DNA of 64,000 nucleotides from Eledone cirrhosa (taxonomy: Eukaryota), in contig CAXHJY010000601.1 in the NCBI GenBank assembly GCA_964016885.1, positions 28,183 to 92,182 of the forward strand. Direction: 5' to 3'. A program made the position numbers and the translations under genes. Below the pieces are notes generated by a model. The model saw only the letters and a program-made list of their open reading frames with translations. It was not told the DNA's origin and made no database searches. Shown here one piece after another: positions 30,882 through 45,078 of this stretch (position 1 is its first letter; each line of letters starts with the position of its first letter).

Positions 30882-30902
30882 ATATATATATATACAATAT
30901 AT

Positions 30903-31088
30903 TAATTGTCTCTACTTTAGGCACAAGGCCAGCAGTTAACCAGTGCATTACTGGTACTTTATTTTATCGACCCCGTAAGGATGAAAGGCAAAGTCAACCT
31001 CGGCGGGATTTGAACTCAGATCGTAAAGGGACGTAATTATGCTGGAAAGCATGGCGTCCGACCCTCTACTGATACTGCCAATCCACCA
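30903..31088 (-). mobile_element. SINE-1
   Basis: Near-identical to 14414-14591; flanked by ATATTAAT. Confidence 0.88.
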
Positions 31089-31425
31089 TATTAATAAATG
31101 GAAACTATATTTATAAAACCATAATTATTTTATTATATATATTTCAAGGCGGTGAATTGGCAGTATCGGTAGAGGGCTGGACGCCATGCTTTCTAGCACA
31201 GTTTCGTCCCTTTACGGTCTGAGTTCAAATCCCGCCGAGGTTAACTTTGCCTTTCATCCTTACGGGGTCGATAAAATAAAGTACCAGTAATGCACTGGGT
31301 AATTGCTGGCCTTGTGCCAAAAGGAGAAACAATTATATATATTTCAAGGGCAACCAAGGTAAATTATGGTGCGCTTTCATCAGATAAAATAAATATGTTG
31401 AAACCCAACAAATTAAATATAACCT
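31089..31425 (-). mobile_element. Family G element interrupted by a SINE
   Basis: Removing 31147-31346 restores TATTTTAT-CTGATGA...GAAATATATATA-ATAAAATA on the minus strand. Confidence 0.7.
31147..31333 (+). mobile_element. SINE-1 with 15-18 bp TSD
   Basis: ATTATATATATTTCAAGG at 31132-31149 and 31332-31349. Confidence 0.9.
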
Positions 31426-31426
31426 C

Positions 31427-31459
<33 letters not shown>

Positions 31460-31465
<6 letters not shown>

Positions 31466-31987
31466 GAGTATATGTTGGTTATTTACCGACACCTCAGTAT
31501 GGAGATTGGAGCACTCGACGAAGTGCGCAGGTTGGTTTGGTTACTCCGGATTAATGTAAAATAAAATAGATAAGTCAAATATTTAAAATTTGGCTTCGTT
31601 TATTAAAGGTGTACTGCTATATATATTTTGGTTACAGCCATCCTTGGCTGTGACCTCTTCAGGCAGTCCGAATTGGTGTGGTAGAGACAGGTACGCATGT
31701 TGTTGAGGTGTTTAACTCCGCCAATCCTCCGATATGCCCACTTCCTGGTCGGTTGTTATTTCTCTGAGGAACAGGAATCATATCAGAGAAATAACAACCC
31801 GACCAGGAAGTGGGCATATCGGAGTCTTGACGGAGTTAAACACCTCAACAACATGCGTACCTGTCTCTACCACACCAATTCGGACTGCCTGAAGAAGTCA
31901 CAGCCAAAGATGGCTGTCACCGAAATATATATAGCAGTACACCTTTAATAAACGAAGCCACATTTTAAATATTTGAGTTATCTATTT

Positions 31988-31994
<7 letters not shown>
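31460..31994. mobile_element. Family E fold-back element (about 210-bp arms)
   Basis: Arms 31557-31767 and 31783-31994, tail 31460-31556, (TA)n flanks. Confidence 0.85.
31884..31938 (+). ncRNA. Minimal type I hammerhead ribozyme, family E
   Basis: ACTGC-CTGAAGA-agtcACAGCCAaagaTGGCTGTcacc-GAAA-TATATATA-GCAGT. Confidence 0.8.
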
Positions 31995-32053
<59 letters not shown>

Positions 32054-32059
<6 letters not shown>

Positions 32060-32213
32060 ATAATAATAAATTTGAAGACTAAAATCCAAAGAGGGCTCGA
32101 TAAGGATAAATATATATCAAATATATAAGAACCGTAGAGCAAATATTTATTAAGAAGATCCCGTTAAGGATGAAAGCAGCGATTCTTTGCTTAAACTTTA
32201 ATCTGTTATTTTA

Positions 32214-32220
<7 letters not shown>
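32054..32220. mobile_element. Collapsed family F palindrome
   Basis: Tail (-) fused to arm (+) near 32151. Confidence 0.75.
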
Positions 32221-32252
<32 letters not shown>

Positions 32253-32280
32253 AAGAAACCTTATATATATATATATATAT

Positions 32281-32798
32281 AAGGTTTCTTGGTGAGGAGG
32301 GTGACTTTGGACATCCTGCAGGACTAAAAACAAAACCTGTCAAAGGGCAAAGGAGCTCTTAAGAGTCAATGGCCATCCAAAATCACTGGGAGAGATGACC
32401 CCTTAGCCTTTGTCAAGGCAGAATTCTAGGAGAAGGAAAACTCTGATATAACACCTGCAACCCTGATGGTATCCAATGATGTTGACTTGTTCTTCTTTTT
32501 GGTAAATATCATCTTGGTTAAGAGAGTGGGACTGGCTTTGTGCAGTGCCTTTGCTCACTATAAAAGCTTCACAGCACAGGCATTGCTTTATATCTGGAGA
32601 TCTCTCTGCACTTGCCGTCACATGGTACCATGGGCCCAGCACTATGTGTCAATAATTGTCACAAGTGTAGTGTTTGTACCAGAGTTTTCAAGTCGCTGGC
32701 TGGACTAAAAAGTCACACTCGTTCAGCGCATCGGTAGGGGTTCTCCTACATGGATATAAAGTAGTGGCCGTACTCGAAAACGAGTTGGCAGCCACCAT
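32281..32798 (+). mobile_element. Family K non-autonomous RTE-derived element
   Basis: Near-identical to 37040-37557. RTE 5'UTR-like AGGAGAAGGAAAACTCTG, C2H2 remnant, 3' stem-loop. Confidence 0.75.
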
Positions 32799-33302
32799 AT
32801 ATATATATATATATGTTCACACACAATGTAGAAACTAAATATTTACACAGTAAATATTACCAGTTTCGTACTAGGATCGATTCTTCCTCTATATCCCTTT
32901 CTCACTCTCTATCCTTCTCTCGAAGAAATCTGCTATATTCAGACCTGCGAGGAGATGGGCTCCGCCAGATGTTTAAGGTGCCTGAGAAACGTCGTATGCA
33001 ACATGACTCCCTCAGAAGTCACGTGATATATATACATATATACATAAATACATGCATGCATGCATACATGCATACATACATACATACATACATACATACA
33101 TACATACATACATACATACATACATACATACATACATACATACATACATACATACATAGATTGATACACACAGAAATACATACACACAGAAATACATACA
33201 TACGTAGAGATATATAAATATATAATTTGTATATACACACACAAACACATTCTCTCTCTCTCGCACATACACACACACACTCTCTCTCTCTCTCTCACAC
33301 AG

Positions 33303-33345
<43 letters not shown>

Positions 33346-33718
33346 AAAGCTAGGCAACAACGACACTCCGTACCATACGTTAAAAGAAATTAATACTGCG
33401 AAAACTGTGAAGAATACAGAAGGAAAAGATTGAAAAGAGAGAGAGAAGGATCTAATATGGCAGCTGGTTCTTCTTCCACCACAGCAACTTTATATTTCTT
33501 CTCAAGGAAGCAAATAAAGAATAATATAATACCTGAAATGATCTAACCATGGATGCACTCCTATCTTTACATGTCTGCAATCAATACGGAAATTTCTAAA
33601 TAGTTGCTTCCTCTCTTTGATAGTTTATACACAAATAAACACACACACATATATATATACATATATACATGTATATATACATATATATATACATATATAT
33701 ATACTGTATATATATATA

Positions 33719-33756
<38 letters not shown>

Positions 33757-33777
33757 TAACATATATATATATATATG

Positions 33778-33808
<31 letters not shown>

Positions 33809-34015
33809 ATATGTATATACATACATACATATGTGTATATATATATATTTATATATATATATTTATATATATAAAACATACATATATATATTTATATATA
33901 TATACACGCATATATATATATATATGCATGTGTATATATATATATGTATATATAAATATGTATACATATATATGTATGTTTTTTATATATATATATATAT
34001 ACATATATATGTATA

Positions 34016-34091
<76 letters not shown>

Positions 34092-34284
34092 TAGATATGC
34101 ATGTGTATATATATATATATATATACATATATATATACATATATATATATACATACATATATATACATATATATATATATATATACATACATATATATAC
34201 ACATATATATATACATACATATATATACACATATATACATACATATATATATATATACATACACACACATATATATATATACAT

Positions 34285-34338
<54 letters not shown>

Positions 34339-34339
34339 C

Positions 34340-35848
34340 ATATAACTGTACATCAAACCTGTACACTATGGATTGTACTACATACAACAACTTCATTCGG
34401 AAAGAATTACATAAAAAATATAGAAAAACGAGTGAAGTAACCCTTAAGCACATCAATGATGAGGCATGCGAAATAGTGAAAAATCTCGGAATCGAAGATA
34501 GGACAGGACCACTCTTACCGGCGGTACCCACCTTCAATCTTAAGGACCACAAGGTAAACTTTGATAATGACCCTAAAATTAGATTAATCTGCCCCTCTAA
34601 ATCAGATATAGGTAAAAATAAGCAAATATATCTTAGATAGAATCATCCCCCAAATTAAGGCTAAGGTTAACATTAAACTCTGGGGGAAGACCCAAGAAGC
34701 AATAAGATGGTTTAATAGCATTAGCAATAAGAATAAATCTAAGTTTATCCAGTTTGATATCGATGAATATTACTCATCGATACCACCTGAAACTTTGAAT
34801 AGAGCCATTAAGTTTGCTAAGGATAACTCTGACCTTACAAACGATGAAATTAAGATTATATTAGAAGCTAGGAAAACTATAGTCAAATTTGAGAACAGTT
34901 ATTGGGTACATAAAGATAGACCCTCTAACTTTGACATAACAATGGGCTCTAACGATTCGGCGGAAATAACTGATATTGTGGGGTTATTTATCGCCTTTAG
35001 ACTCCAGGAAAAATTCAGCAATCTCCACGGCGGAATATACCGCGACGATGTTCTCCTCCTAGCTAAAAACCTTAATAACCAAAAACTAGAAAAACTACGC
35101 AAAGATATAAGAAAACTACTACTCGAAATAGGACTAACTATAACATATGAATACAACCTTAAAGTAGTTAACTTCCTGGATGTCACACTCAATTTAAACT
35201 CTGGTTTGATTAAACCGTTTCATAAATTGAATGAAAATCTCAAATACGTAAATGTTGGGTCTAACCACCCCATCTCTATAATTAAATCTATCCCTAAAAA
35301 TATTTCCCTTAGAATCTCGGGTCTATCTTCTAACATACAAGTATTTAAGGAACACGCCGAGTACTACGATAACGCCCTTAGTAAAGCAGGCTACCTCAAC
35401 AAAATAGAGTACATAGATGGGAACAATCAAAACACCCAAAATAAATCCCACATAGGTAGATATAATAACACAACACCAAACCACACTTACTACCATAGTA
35501 TGCACACCAGTAAACCAACAAACAAAACTAATAGAAAGCGATGCAAAGAGTACTTATGGTATAACCCCGAATACAATAAAACACCAGAGCCAAAGAAATG
35601 TAACAACTTTAGCAGAAAAAGCTTGGACGCTCAGGGATAGCGATCAAAAGTTTACCCTAAAATGGGAGAAATTAGCTAAAACCCAAAGCTTTTCCAGGAG
35701 CCAAAATCTCTGCAAATTGTGTAATCTTGAGATTTATTACATAATCACACACAAGAAGAAACTGCTGAATAACAGAATTGAACGAACATTATTCTGCCGT
35801 CACAGAACTAAAACCCTTTTTTCCCACTACAAGCCGAATATTACATAA
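34340..35848 (+). pseudogene. PLE reverse transcriptase / GIY-YIG C-terminus, frameshifted
   Basis: Reads [26 protein letters not shown], frameshift near 34615, then FIQFDIDEYYSSI, ITMGSNDSAEI, GIYRDD, NFLDVTL, GSNHP. A second frameshift/deletion near 35605 is followed by TLAEKAWTL...KWE...LCKLCNLE...LLNNRIE...FCRHR and a stop at 35846-35848. The GIY-YIG core itself is missing. Resembles Naiad-type PLEs (from memory). Confidence 0.88.
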
Positions 35849-36122
35849 AAGAGGGACATCCCCCAACTATATAAACCTTAATCTAGTTAGAAAAATATAA
35901 AAACAATCTCTTCTCAACATATATTAATAACCTTAAATTACCACACTAATAATGGAAAGATATGCTGATGAGAATAGGTGCAAATATGCGATAATGAATG
36001 TGTCTAAAAACGTCCATAAGTATGTATATATATGTGAAAATGTATATAAATAAGTAAATATATATATATGTTTGATGTGTATAGTTAGATGTAAGTGTAT
36101 TCATGTATTAAAGTGCTTATAT

Positions 36123-36201
<79 letters not shown>

Positions 36202-36747
36202 ATATGTGTATATAGATGTGTATGTATGTGTATGTGTGTACACATGGACTAGAGTATGTATGTATATATGTGTGTGTCTATACGTGTGTATATAAAGATA
36301 AGTTGAGTATGAAAATGAGCGCGTATGTATGTACATGAATACATGTGTGTATATATATGTGTATGCATGTGTATATATATGTAAGTATGAATATGTGAAT
36401 TGTGAGTATATGTATTTTGTAGAGGTGTGCAAATATGTTTGTGTGTGAATGCGTGGGTGAAAGGATACGTACACTTGAAAGAAAAATTTAAGTCTGAATG
36501 TTAATTAAGTGCAAACACAAAACCAACCACGCATATCTTTACTATCTCTAATCCTTCTATAGATTTAGAAAAATAACCAATAATATATTCTATAAAAAAT
36601 GTCAAAACAACAGATGGGAATCTAATTACTCACTGCCACCAAGAATTCTCACTGCTATCGAAAAACCACTCCTTCAACTATTCTTCTAACAACTTCACCC
36701 CTCCCTCCTAATATTCTCTATAAAAACTAAATAGGTCCTCAGTAATA

Positions 36748-36867
36748 TTATTCTGATGAAATGACAGTAAATAATAACATTGAAATATTGAATGTCTGCA
36801 TAACTAAAAGTTTGTAGATAGCAGCTGTTTTAGGTTATGTAACTGTTATAGAAACACGTGTCAATAA
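36748..36867 (+). ncRNA. Type I hammerhead ribozyme, family A, long stem II
   Basis: TTATT-CTGATGA-(ATGACAGT...ACTGTTAT, about 90 nt)-GAAAC-ACGT-GTC-AATAA. Confidence 0.75.
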
Positions 36868-37031
36868 ATTCCTTTCAACTAAACTGTATCCATTCAAATC
36901 TTTCTATTTTTCTCCGGATTACTTTTGGAACTACAACTGGAACCGTCGAGCAAACTCTACGTGGGCTGATAATCTACTGTGTGTAATATTTATATTACAA
37001 CACAACGGAAAATACTGTATATATATATATA

Positions 37032-37557
37032 CTGCCGCCAAGGTTTCTTGGTGAGGAGGGTGACTTTGGACATCCTGCAGGACTAAAAACAAAACCTGTC
37101 AAAGGGCAAGGGAGCTCTTAAGACTCAATAGCCATCCAAAATCACCGGGAGAGATGACCCCTTAGCCTTTGTCAAGGCAGAATTCTAGGAGAAGGAAAAC
37201 TCTGATATAACACCTGCAACCCTGATGGTATCCAATGATGTTGACTTGTTCTTCTTTTTGGTAAATATCATCTTGGTTAAGAGAGTGGGACTGGCTTTGT
37301 GCAGTGCCTTTGCTCACTATAAAAGCTTCACAGCACAGGCATTGCTTTATATCTGGAGATCTCTCTGCACTTGTCATCACATGGTACCATGGGCCCTGCA
37401 CTATGTGTCAATAATGGTCACAAGTGTAGTCTTTGTACCAGAGTTTTCAAGTCGCTGGCTGGACTAAAAAGTCACATTCGTTCAGCGCATCGGTAGGGGT
37501 TCTCCTACATGGATATAAAGTAGTGGCCGTACTCGAAAACGAGTTGGCAGCCACCAT
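37032..37557 (+). mobile_element. Family K element
   Basis: 37413-37496 encodes [27 protein letters not shown]. Confidence 0.75.
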
Positions 37558-37795
37558 ATATATATATGAGGATAACTGAAAAGACATTGCCGTTGTTAGT
37601 TTTGTTACTGTTGTGGCAATTGCTATACTATAGGCCCTATATTATAGGCCCTATAGTATAGGCCCTATAGTATAGGCAATGCTTTCATTTCCAGATTTCC
37701 ATTTTCTAAGGTAATCTGATGATTATTGCCAAAGCGTCAAAATGTTTCAGCTGAAAGATAGGAAATACAAAGCAAGATATATGCCTACATACATG

Positions 37796-37829
<34 letters not shown>

Positions 37830-37839
37830 CGTGTGTGTG

Positions 37840-37911
<72 letters not shown>

Positions 37912-38126
37912 CGCGCGCGCGCGCGCGTGCGTGCGTGCGTGTGTGTGTGTGTGTGTGTGTAAGTACATACACGGGTATATGTATTAAAAAGATAGATAGA
38001 TAGATAGATAGATAAAAGGATGATGAGACTAAAGGGAAAATGGTTATTCTGTGTTAGTAATGATTCGCGGTTTTCAAGAAGGAAAGAAAGGAAAAACTAG
38101 TAGTAGTAGTAGTAGTAGTGTTGTTG

Positions 38127-38192
<66 letters not shown>

Positions 38193-38195
38193 TTG

Positions 38196-38231
<36 letters not shown>

Positions 38232-38937
38232 TTGGTAGTAGTAGTAGTAGTAGTAGTAATGAAATGATTAAAAGAATGTGAACATGTAAAAAATACATAA
38301 AACAGCTAAATTGGATTCAGGACAGTTGGAGGATATTTAGAATATTTATCAACTTTTTCTAGTTTACATCATCTATTTAACAACATTCTGTTGATTCGTC
38401 TTTTTAATTATTTATGCCAGAGAATGTTTTATTTTCAACCTGAAATAATCGTTGTCATTTAACGAATTATAGGATAGGTATTTGTGAAGCGTGGGTATAT
38501 ACACGTGTGGATGTACGTGTGTAAAGCTGAATTAAAACATCTTTTTGCAGCACGTGTTGACAAACTTCAAAATCTATATTTAGCACATCCATTAGAACGG
38601 AACTGTTTAAAGACAATGAATATATTTAGTAAACCCATTAACGCCAAGTTGCTCACAGACATATATTCCAAATTCAGCAAAATTCATTATATCTAAACAC
38701 TTGCATGTAATGAAACCACTTAAATATTAAGCGAGATCTTACTGCGTTTTGAATAAAATGAATGGTATATTTTTGTCTGTCTTTTTTTTATATGATATTG
38801 ATATATGGTTAAATATTCCAGACAAATTTAATTGCCTGTACACAGCACCTGCAAAAACCATTCCATATAAATCTAAATCCATACAGCCAAACATTATACT
38901 ATGTTATGAAAAGCAAAGCAAAGATTAGTTAACCAGT

Positions 38938-39080
38938 GGTGAATAGCTTAGTGGTTAGAACATTGAGCCTGCAATCAAAAGGTTGTGAGTTCAATTCTCG
39001 GACCGGGTGATGTGTTGTTTCCTTGAACAAGACACTTTATTTCACGTTGCTCCAGTTTACTCAGCTGTAGAAATGAGATG
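38938..39080 (+). mobile_element. SINE-2 head (others at 14183-14293 -, 28285-28432 -, 28770-29000 -, 44073-44190 +)
   Basis: TAGCTTAGTGG and GAGTTCAATTC boxes. Confidence 0.75.
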
Positions 39081-39374
39081 ATAGGACTGGGGTCCCTATC
39101 ATTAAATCACCCAAGACTCATCCAACGAGATATACCTTGGAGGAGGCCAGCTAAACCTTGCATAGGTGTGAGCTGTCACACACACAGTGGGCATACGAGA
39201 AAAGTCAACATACAGTAAAAAAAGTTTCTAATAACCACAACATATTTAAATTTGTTCCCGTGTGGTATGCTGCACTCCTCATTAAGTACCACTAAAATGT
39301 TTTAAAAATTGATCAAATGAGAAACAAATGACAATTTGGAAAACTGACAGCATCGTTGTTGTTGTTGCTATGGT

Positions 39375-39410
<36 letters not shown>

Positions 39411-39415
<5 letters not shown>

Positions 39416-39950
39416 GAGGAAACATTACAAATGCTGTTTTCTAAGAACCAACTCCTAAACAAAAAAGACGAACTGGTAACCGCATGCAAACACAGATTGC
39501 GTAGGACGTACCTCACGCTCAAACCCCATAACGACCCGGGTGGGTAGACAAGGGCTGATACCCCCGGCCTCCACTTGCCGATTGTGTAAGTGGAAACCCC
39601 TGCTTACATAGGTAGAAGTAACCTTTTTGTTTTTCCTCTACATTCCCTTCTTCCCCCCATCTCATCCTATTCCTTCCACCCCCGATCTCCTTCCTCGTCT
39701 GTCTTTCACCTTTCGCCTACCCCGGTGCACTTTCGCCTACCCCGGTGCAGCCCATCAGTCCTCTGTAACCTCAGTACCCCTTCCCCGTAATTTTAAGATA
39801 GAATTGGCCTATTACGCTTTTTATAGCAAATGTGTTAGACCCCGTTATTGTTTCTTTTTTGTTACTACTCCATTTCTACAATCCTATTACCCTAAGTATT
39901 GAGTACTTTGGTGTGTTATGGTCCATCTGGTTCCTTACCACAATTCCTTC

Positions 39951-39952
<2 letters not shown>
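39411..39952 (+). mobile_element. 3' end of a PLE carrying the family C tail
   Basis: Encodes EETLQMLFSKNQLLNKKDELVTACKHR, like the LLN..E..CRHR end of family A. Ends with the family C tail (CTAAGTATTGAGTAC...TTCCTTC); the HHR segment is deleted. Confidence 0.7.
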
Positions 39953-40011
<59 letters not shown>

Positions 40012-40120
40012 ACGTATACATAAATATACAAATATATATACAAGTAGATATATGTTTGTATATATATATATATATAGAGAGAGAGAAGGATTTAAATGGA
40101 TACAGTTCAGTAAAAGGAAT

Positions 40121-40241
40121 TTATTGACACGTGTTTCAATAACAGTTATATAACCTGAAAACAGCTGCTATCTACAAAGTAATAATTATGCAGACACTCA
40201 ATATTTCAATGTTATTTTCAACTATCATTTCATCAGAATAA
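40121..40241 (-). ncRNA. Type I hammerhead ribozyme, family A, second copy
   Basis: Reverse complement reads TTATT-CTGATGA-AATGATAGT...ACTGTTATT-GAAAC-ACGT-GTC-AATAA; alignable to 36748-36900. Confidence 0.75.
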
Positions 40242-40335
40242 TAAATCCAGGAAGGAGATCTTAACGGTTCAAGTTTTTCCTTGAACCGTTAAGATCTCCT
40301 TCCTGGATATGTGAATATTTATAAAACAAAGTTTG

Positions 40336-40396
40336 TATTTTATCTGATGAGAGCGTACCAAAGTCTTGGTACCCTTGAAATATATATAATAGAATA
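40336..40396 (+). ncRNA. Minimal type I hammerhead ribozyme, family G (element about 40245-40505)
   Basis: TATTTTAT-CTGATGA-gagcGTACCAAagtcTTGGTACcctt-GAAA-TATATATA-ATAGAATA. Confidence 0.8.
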
Positions 40397-40504
40397 AATA
40401 TGGTTTTATAAATATAGTTTCCATCTATGATATTATACTCCAGAAAACTTGTCGGGTGCTTCGAATCAGTTATAAATATATATATTTGTTGAATTACCAA
40501 CAAA

Positions 40505-41268
<764 letters not shown>

Positions 41269-41894
41269 GTTTAGATCTATATCCAGTGATATATGTATAT
41301 ATATATTTATGTATGTGTGTGTGTGTTTGTGTGTCTGTCTAAATGTGTATAGATTTATATATGTGTGAGTGAGTGAGTGAGTGAGTGTGCGTGTGTGTGT
41401 GTGTTAGAATCATTCATAATTACTCACATGAATTAAACATTAACTAACTCTACAAGCCTGGAGACGCTGAACCAATACATTACAACCCCTGGTACACAGA
41501 CATGCTTCCTCTTTATTCTACAATTTATGCAGTTACTAAAGTAGACTAACTCTGGATGTTGGTTGGACCCTTGTCACCTCTACTCAAATCTACCCGATAG
41601 TCAATGATCTTTCCTCTCCATTTCGCTATAATTATTGTCTACCATCCAGTCTCCTCACTAACTACTTTTCTCCATTTCCTTCTTCCTCCAGAATATTTTC
41701 CTTACAAACTTCTCCCTTGCCGATGTTTTGCGTGCAGTAATTCATTTCATCTTTTCAAGAAGAATTTCAACAACATATTTCACCTGCCTAATATGGCCTA
41801 CAAATACCATGCTCAGTCTCTTCCTCGAGACCGAATCATGACTATCACAGCTATCACACACTTCTTCTTAGCTTCGTACGGACGTATAATAACG

Positions 41895-41995
<101 letters not shown>

Positions 41996-42211
41996 ACACA
42001 CACACATGCTTGAGCACGTGCACAAGTATAGCTCTTTTTACAAAACGGTTTTTTTTCTATTTCTTTTCTAAAAAATAAATCACACACAAAACGCCAGCAC
42101 AAACAGTTTTGCAAGTCATTTCAACATGAATGAACCTGTTATTTTTATCTAAAGACATGTTTTCCAATTCCAACCCGCCCGTCCCCTCAATCTATCTTAT
42201 TTCTCATTCTT

Positions 42212-42247
42212 TCTTCTGATAAAGGACTAGCGTCCGAAACGTTAAGA
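42212..42247 (+). ncRNA. Minimal hammerhead with core substitution (family J)
   Basis: TCTT-CTGATAA-aGGACtagcGTCC-GAAAC-GTT-AAGA. G8A change, probably inactive. Confidence 0.6.
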
Positions 42248-42329
42248 CCCTATTACTGCTATATCAAGCGTTAACCTAATATATCCCTTCAATATACTGT
42301 ACTGATTGTGTTAATATCTGTTTATCTTT

Positions 42330-42384
<55 letters not shown>

Positions 42385-44287
42385 GGGGGGGAGAGATTGT
42401 TAGAGGAATGGATGGATGGATACAGATATATTCATATGTGTGTGTGTGTATCCATATGTGTGTGTATGTGTGTGAGTATCTGGAAGCAACAAATATATGT
42501 TTCATTCTGTTAATGGAAATCGTCAGATATCGAAATAACCATTTCTATATATAGACCTATCTACGGTTATATTGTATTAATCAAAGCAATAGCTGTCAAA
42601 AGTGTGAATCTAAGATGAGATACATATCTGAAACAAGAATAAGCAATGATCCTCAAAATAAATATAATAATTTATATTTTACGTACTACATAGCATTCTA
42701 TTTATTATCATTATCATCATCATCAACAACATTTTATTCCAGGCCTTCATGCTAGCGTAGGTTGAATGAATCACTCAAATCCGAGGAATTTCCTATTCAG
42801 AATTAAGACCCTTATAAATAGGTCAACGGCCAACGTCTCGCTTGTACGTTCCAAGAGAGCGACCCCACGACACCACTAAAGAATCCTATCTACACTACGT
42901 TGTCGAGTTTTGATCATCAAACATTTTACAGTGTACTAAGGACAATTTATCGTAGCACCAACACTAACGTAATTGACTTGTGCATTGCAAATATGTCCGT
43001 TAATGTATGGATGTACAGAAGTACTACATTTTGATATATTGTTTTTAATACCACTTCTGCTTTGCTGTTTTTAATTGTGCTTGTAATGCGTTGTAGGGTT
43101 TTAATTAACTCTTGGATCCCGACAGATATAAAGGTATTTTGTACAGTGTGGGACATATTTAAAGATGATTTGTCTGAAGATTAGTTCTTGTCTCCCGTAG
43201 ATTTACCAAAACAGATAGTCGGTAATCGATAATTAATTACTTAGATCGATTGTTCTGCTCCGGTTTTTTAACTATGCAACAGCGCCGTAAGGAAAATAAT
43301 GGCTTTTTCCACCTTAAAGTATGTACATTTTCCTGAATATCCTGCGTAATATGTGTACAAAATACTGTGTTTCTCAAACGATATATGGTTCTCTTTCTAT
43401 CTCTACATGTATCTTAATTTGAATTATATATAAATATACGTACATACATATATATATCTATATATATATCTATATATATATATATACAAACACACACTGT
43501 ACATCATCTTACTTCAATATTCACGGCTATTAATTTTTAGTATGAGGTAGGTCTATATATAGCAATAAATGACAATGATATTTCGATATTTGACGTTTTC
43601 TATCAACGGTAACAAAAAAATATATATTTGTTTCATACACATTCATATATATATATATATATATACACACTCACACATAACAAAGGTTTATACAAGAATT
43701 ATTATTAAAGCATTTAATAGATTTGCGAACATAGCATGAATATCTTCCAAGACATTTTAAAATACACATAAATTGTAGAAGGCGTGAATCTCTTAAGAAA
43801 AAGCATCCGAGTATCTCAATATCATAATGTTAACTGAGAGTGATAATACTATTATTGGACCGTTAAATTAAGGGACACTAAATTTTCCAATAAAGATAAA
43901 AAGAACGGTGAATTGTTTACGAGAATTTACATTATGTTGAAGATAGAAAGGAACCAAGATGGAGGAAGTAAAGGTTAGGCTGTCAATTATGATATAGAGA
44001 GTGAGAGGAGAAAGAAAGAGAAACAGAAAGTGGAAGTAACTCATAACTGGGTTCCCAGTTTATATATATAGTGAAGGTGTGTGGCTGAGTAGTTAGAGAA
44101 TTGGATTCGCAATCGTGAGTTACATTCCAGGACAAGGCGATGCGTTATGTCCTTGAGCAAGACAGCACTTAGTTCACGTTAGTTAACTGGAGTTGCGACC
44201 AATAGAGAGTATTAGCAATTGGAAAGACCAATGGAATCATTGTTTCCTCGGGCCGATTTGACGAAATTCGATCGAATGGCAATAGAG

Positions 44288-44343
<56 letters not shown>

Positions 44344-44988
44344 GATATATATATACATATATACACATATAAATATATATACATATATACATATATATAT
44401 ATATACATATATACACATATATATACACATACATATACACATATACACACATATATATACACATATATATACACATACATATATACACATATATATACAC
44501 ATATATATACACATATATACACATATATATACACATACATATATACACATATATATACACATATATACACATATATACACATATATACACACATATATAC
44601 ACATATATACACACATATATATACATATATACACACATATATATACATATATACACACATATATATACATATATACAGACATATATATATACATATATAC
44701 ACACATATATATACATATATACACACATATATATATACATATATACACACATATATATACATATATACACACATATATATATACATATATACACACATAT
44801 ATATACATACATATATACATACATACATATATACACATATATATATATATACATATATACACATATATATATATACATACATATATATATATATACATAC
44901 ACATTATTATATACATATATATACATATATATATATACATATATATACATATATATATATACATATATATATATGTATATATATATAC

Positions 44989-45026
<38 letters not shown>

Positions 45027-45044
45027 CCTATATATATACACACA

Positions 45045-45078
<34 letters not shown>

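Larger units (their letters stand above)
34337..37018 (+). mobile_element. 5'-truncated, internally deleted Penelope-like retroelement (family A) with 3' UTR hammerhead, inserted in (TA)n
   Basis: RT and PLE-type C-terminal motifs, then a 3' UTR containing a microsatellite, an HHR at 36748-36867 and a tail ending in (TA)n. Confidence 0.85.

Noticed and set aside
30352-31670. One arm of D and of E has an inactivated ribozyme core, suggesting selection
   Set aside because: Both changes are CG to CA, consistent with CpG decay; too few cases.
32403-32708. Repeated 79-80 aa ORFs in family K
   Set aside because: Conserved only because the copies are near-identical; the informative frame is the short C2H2 remnant.
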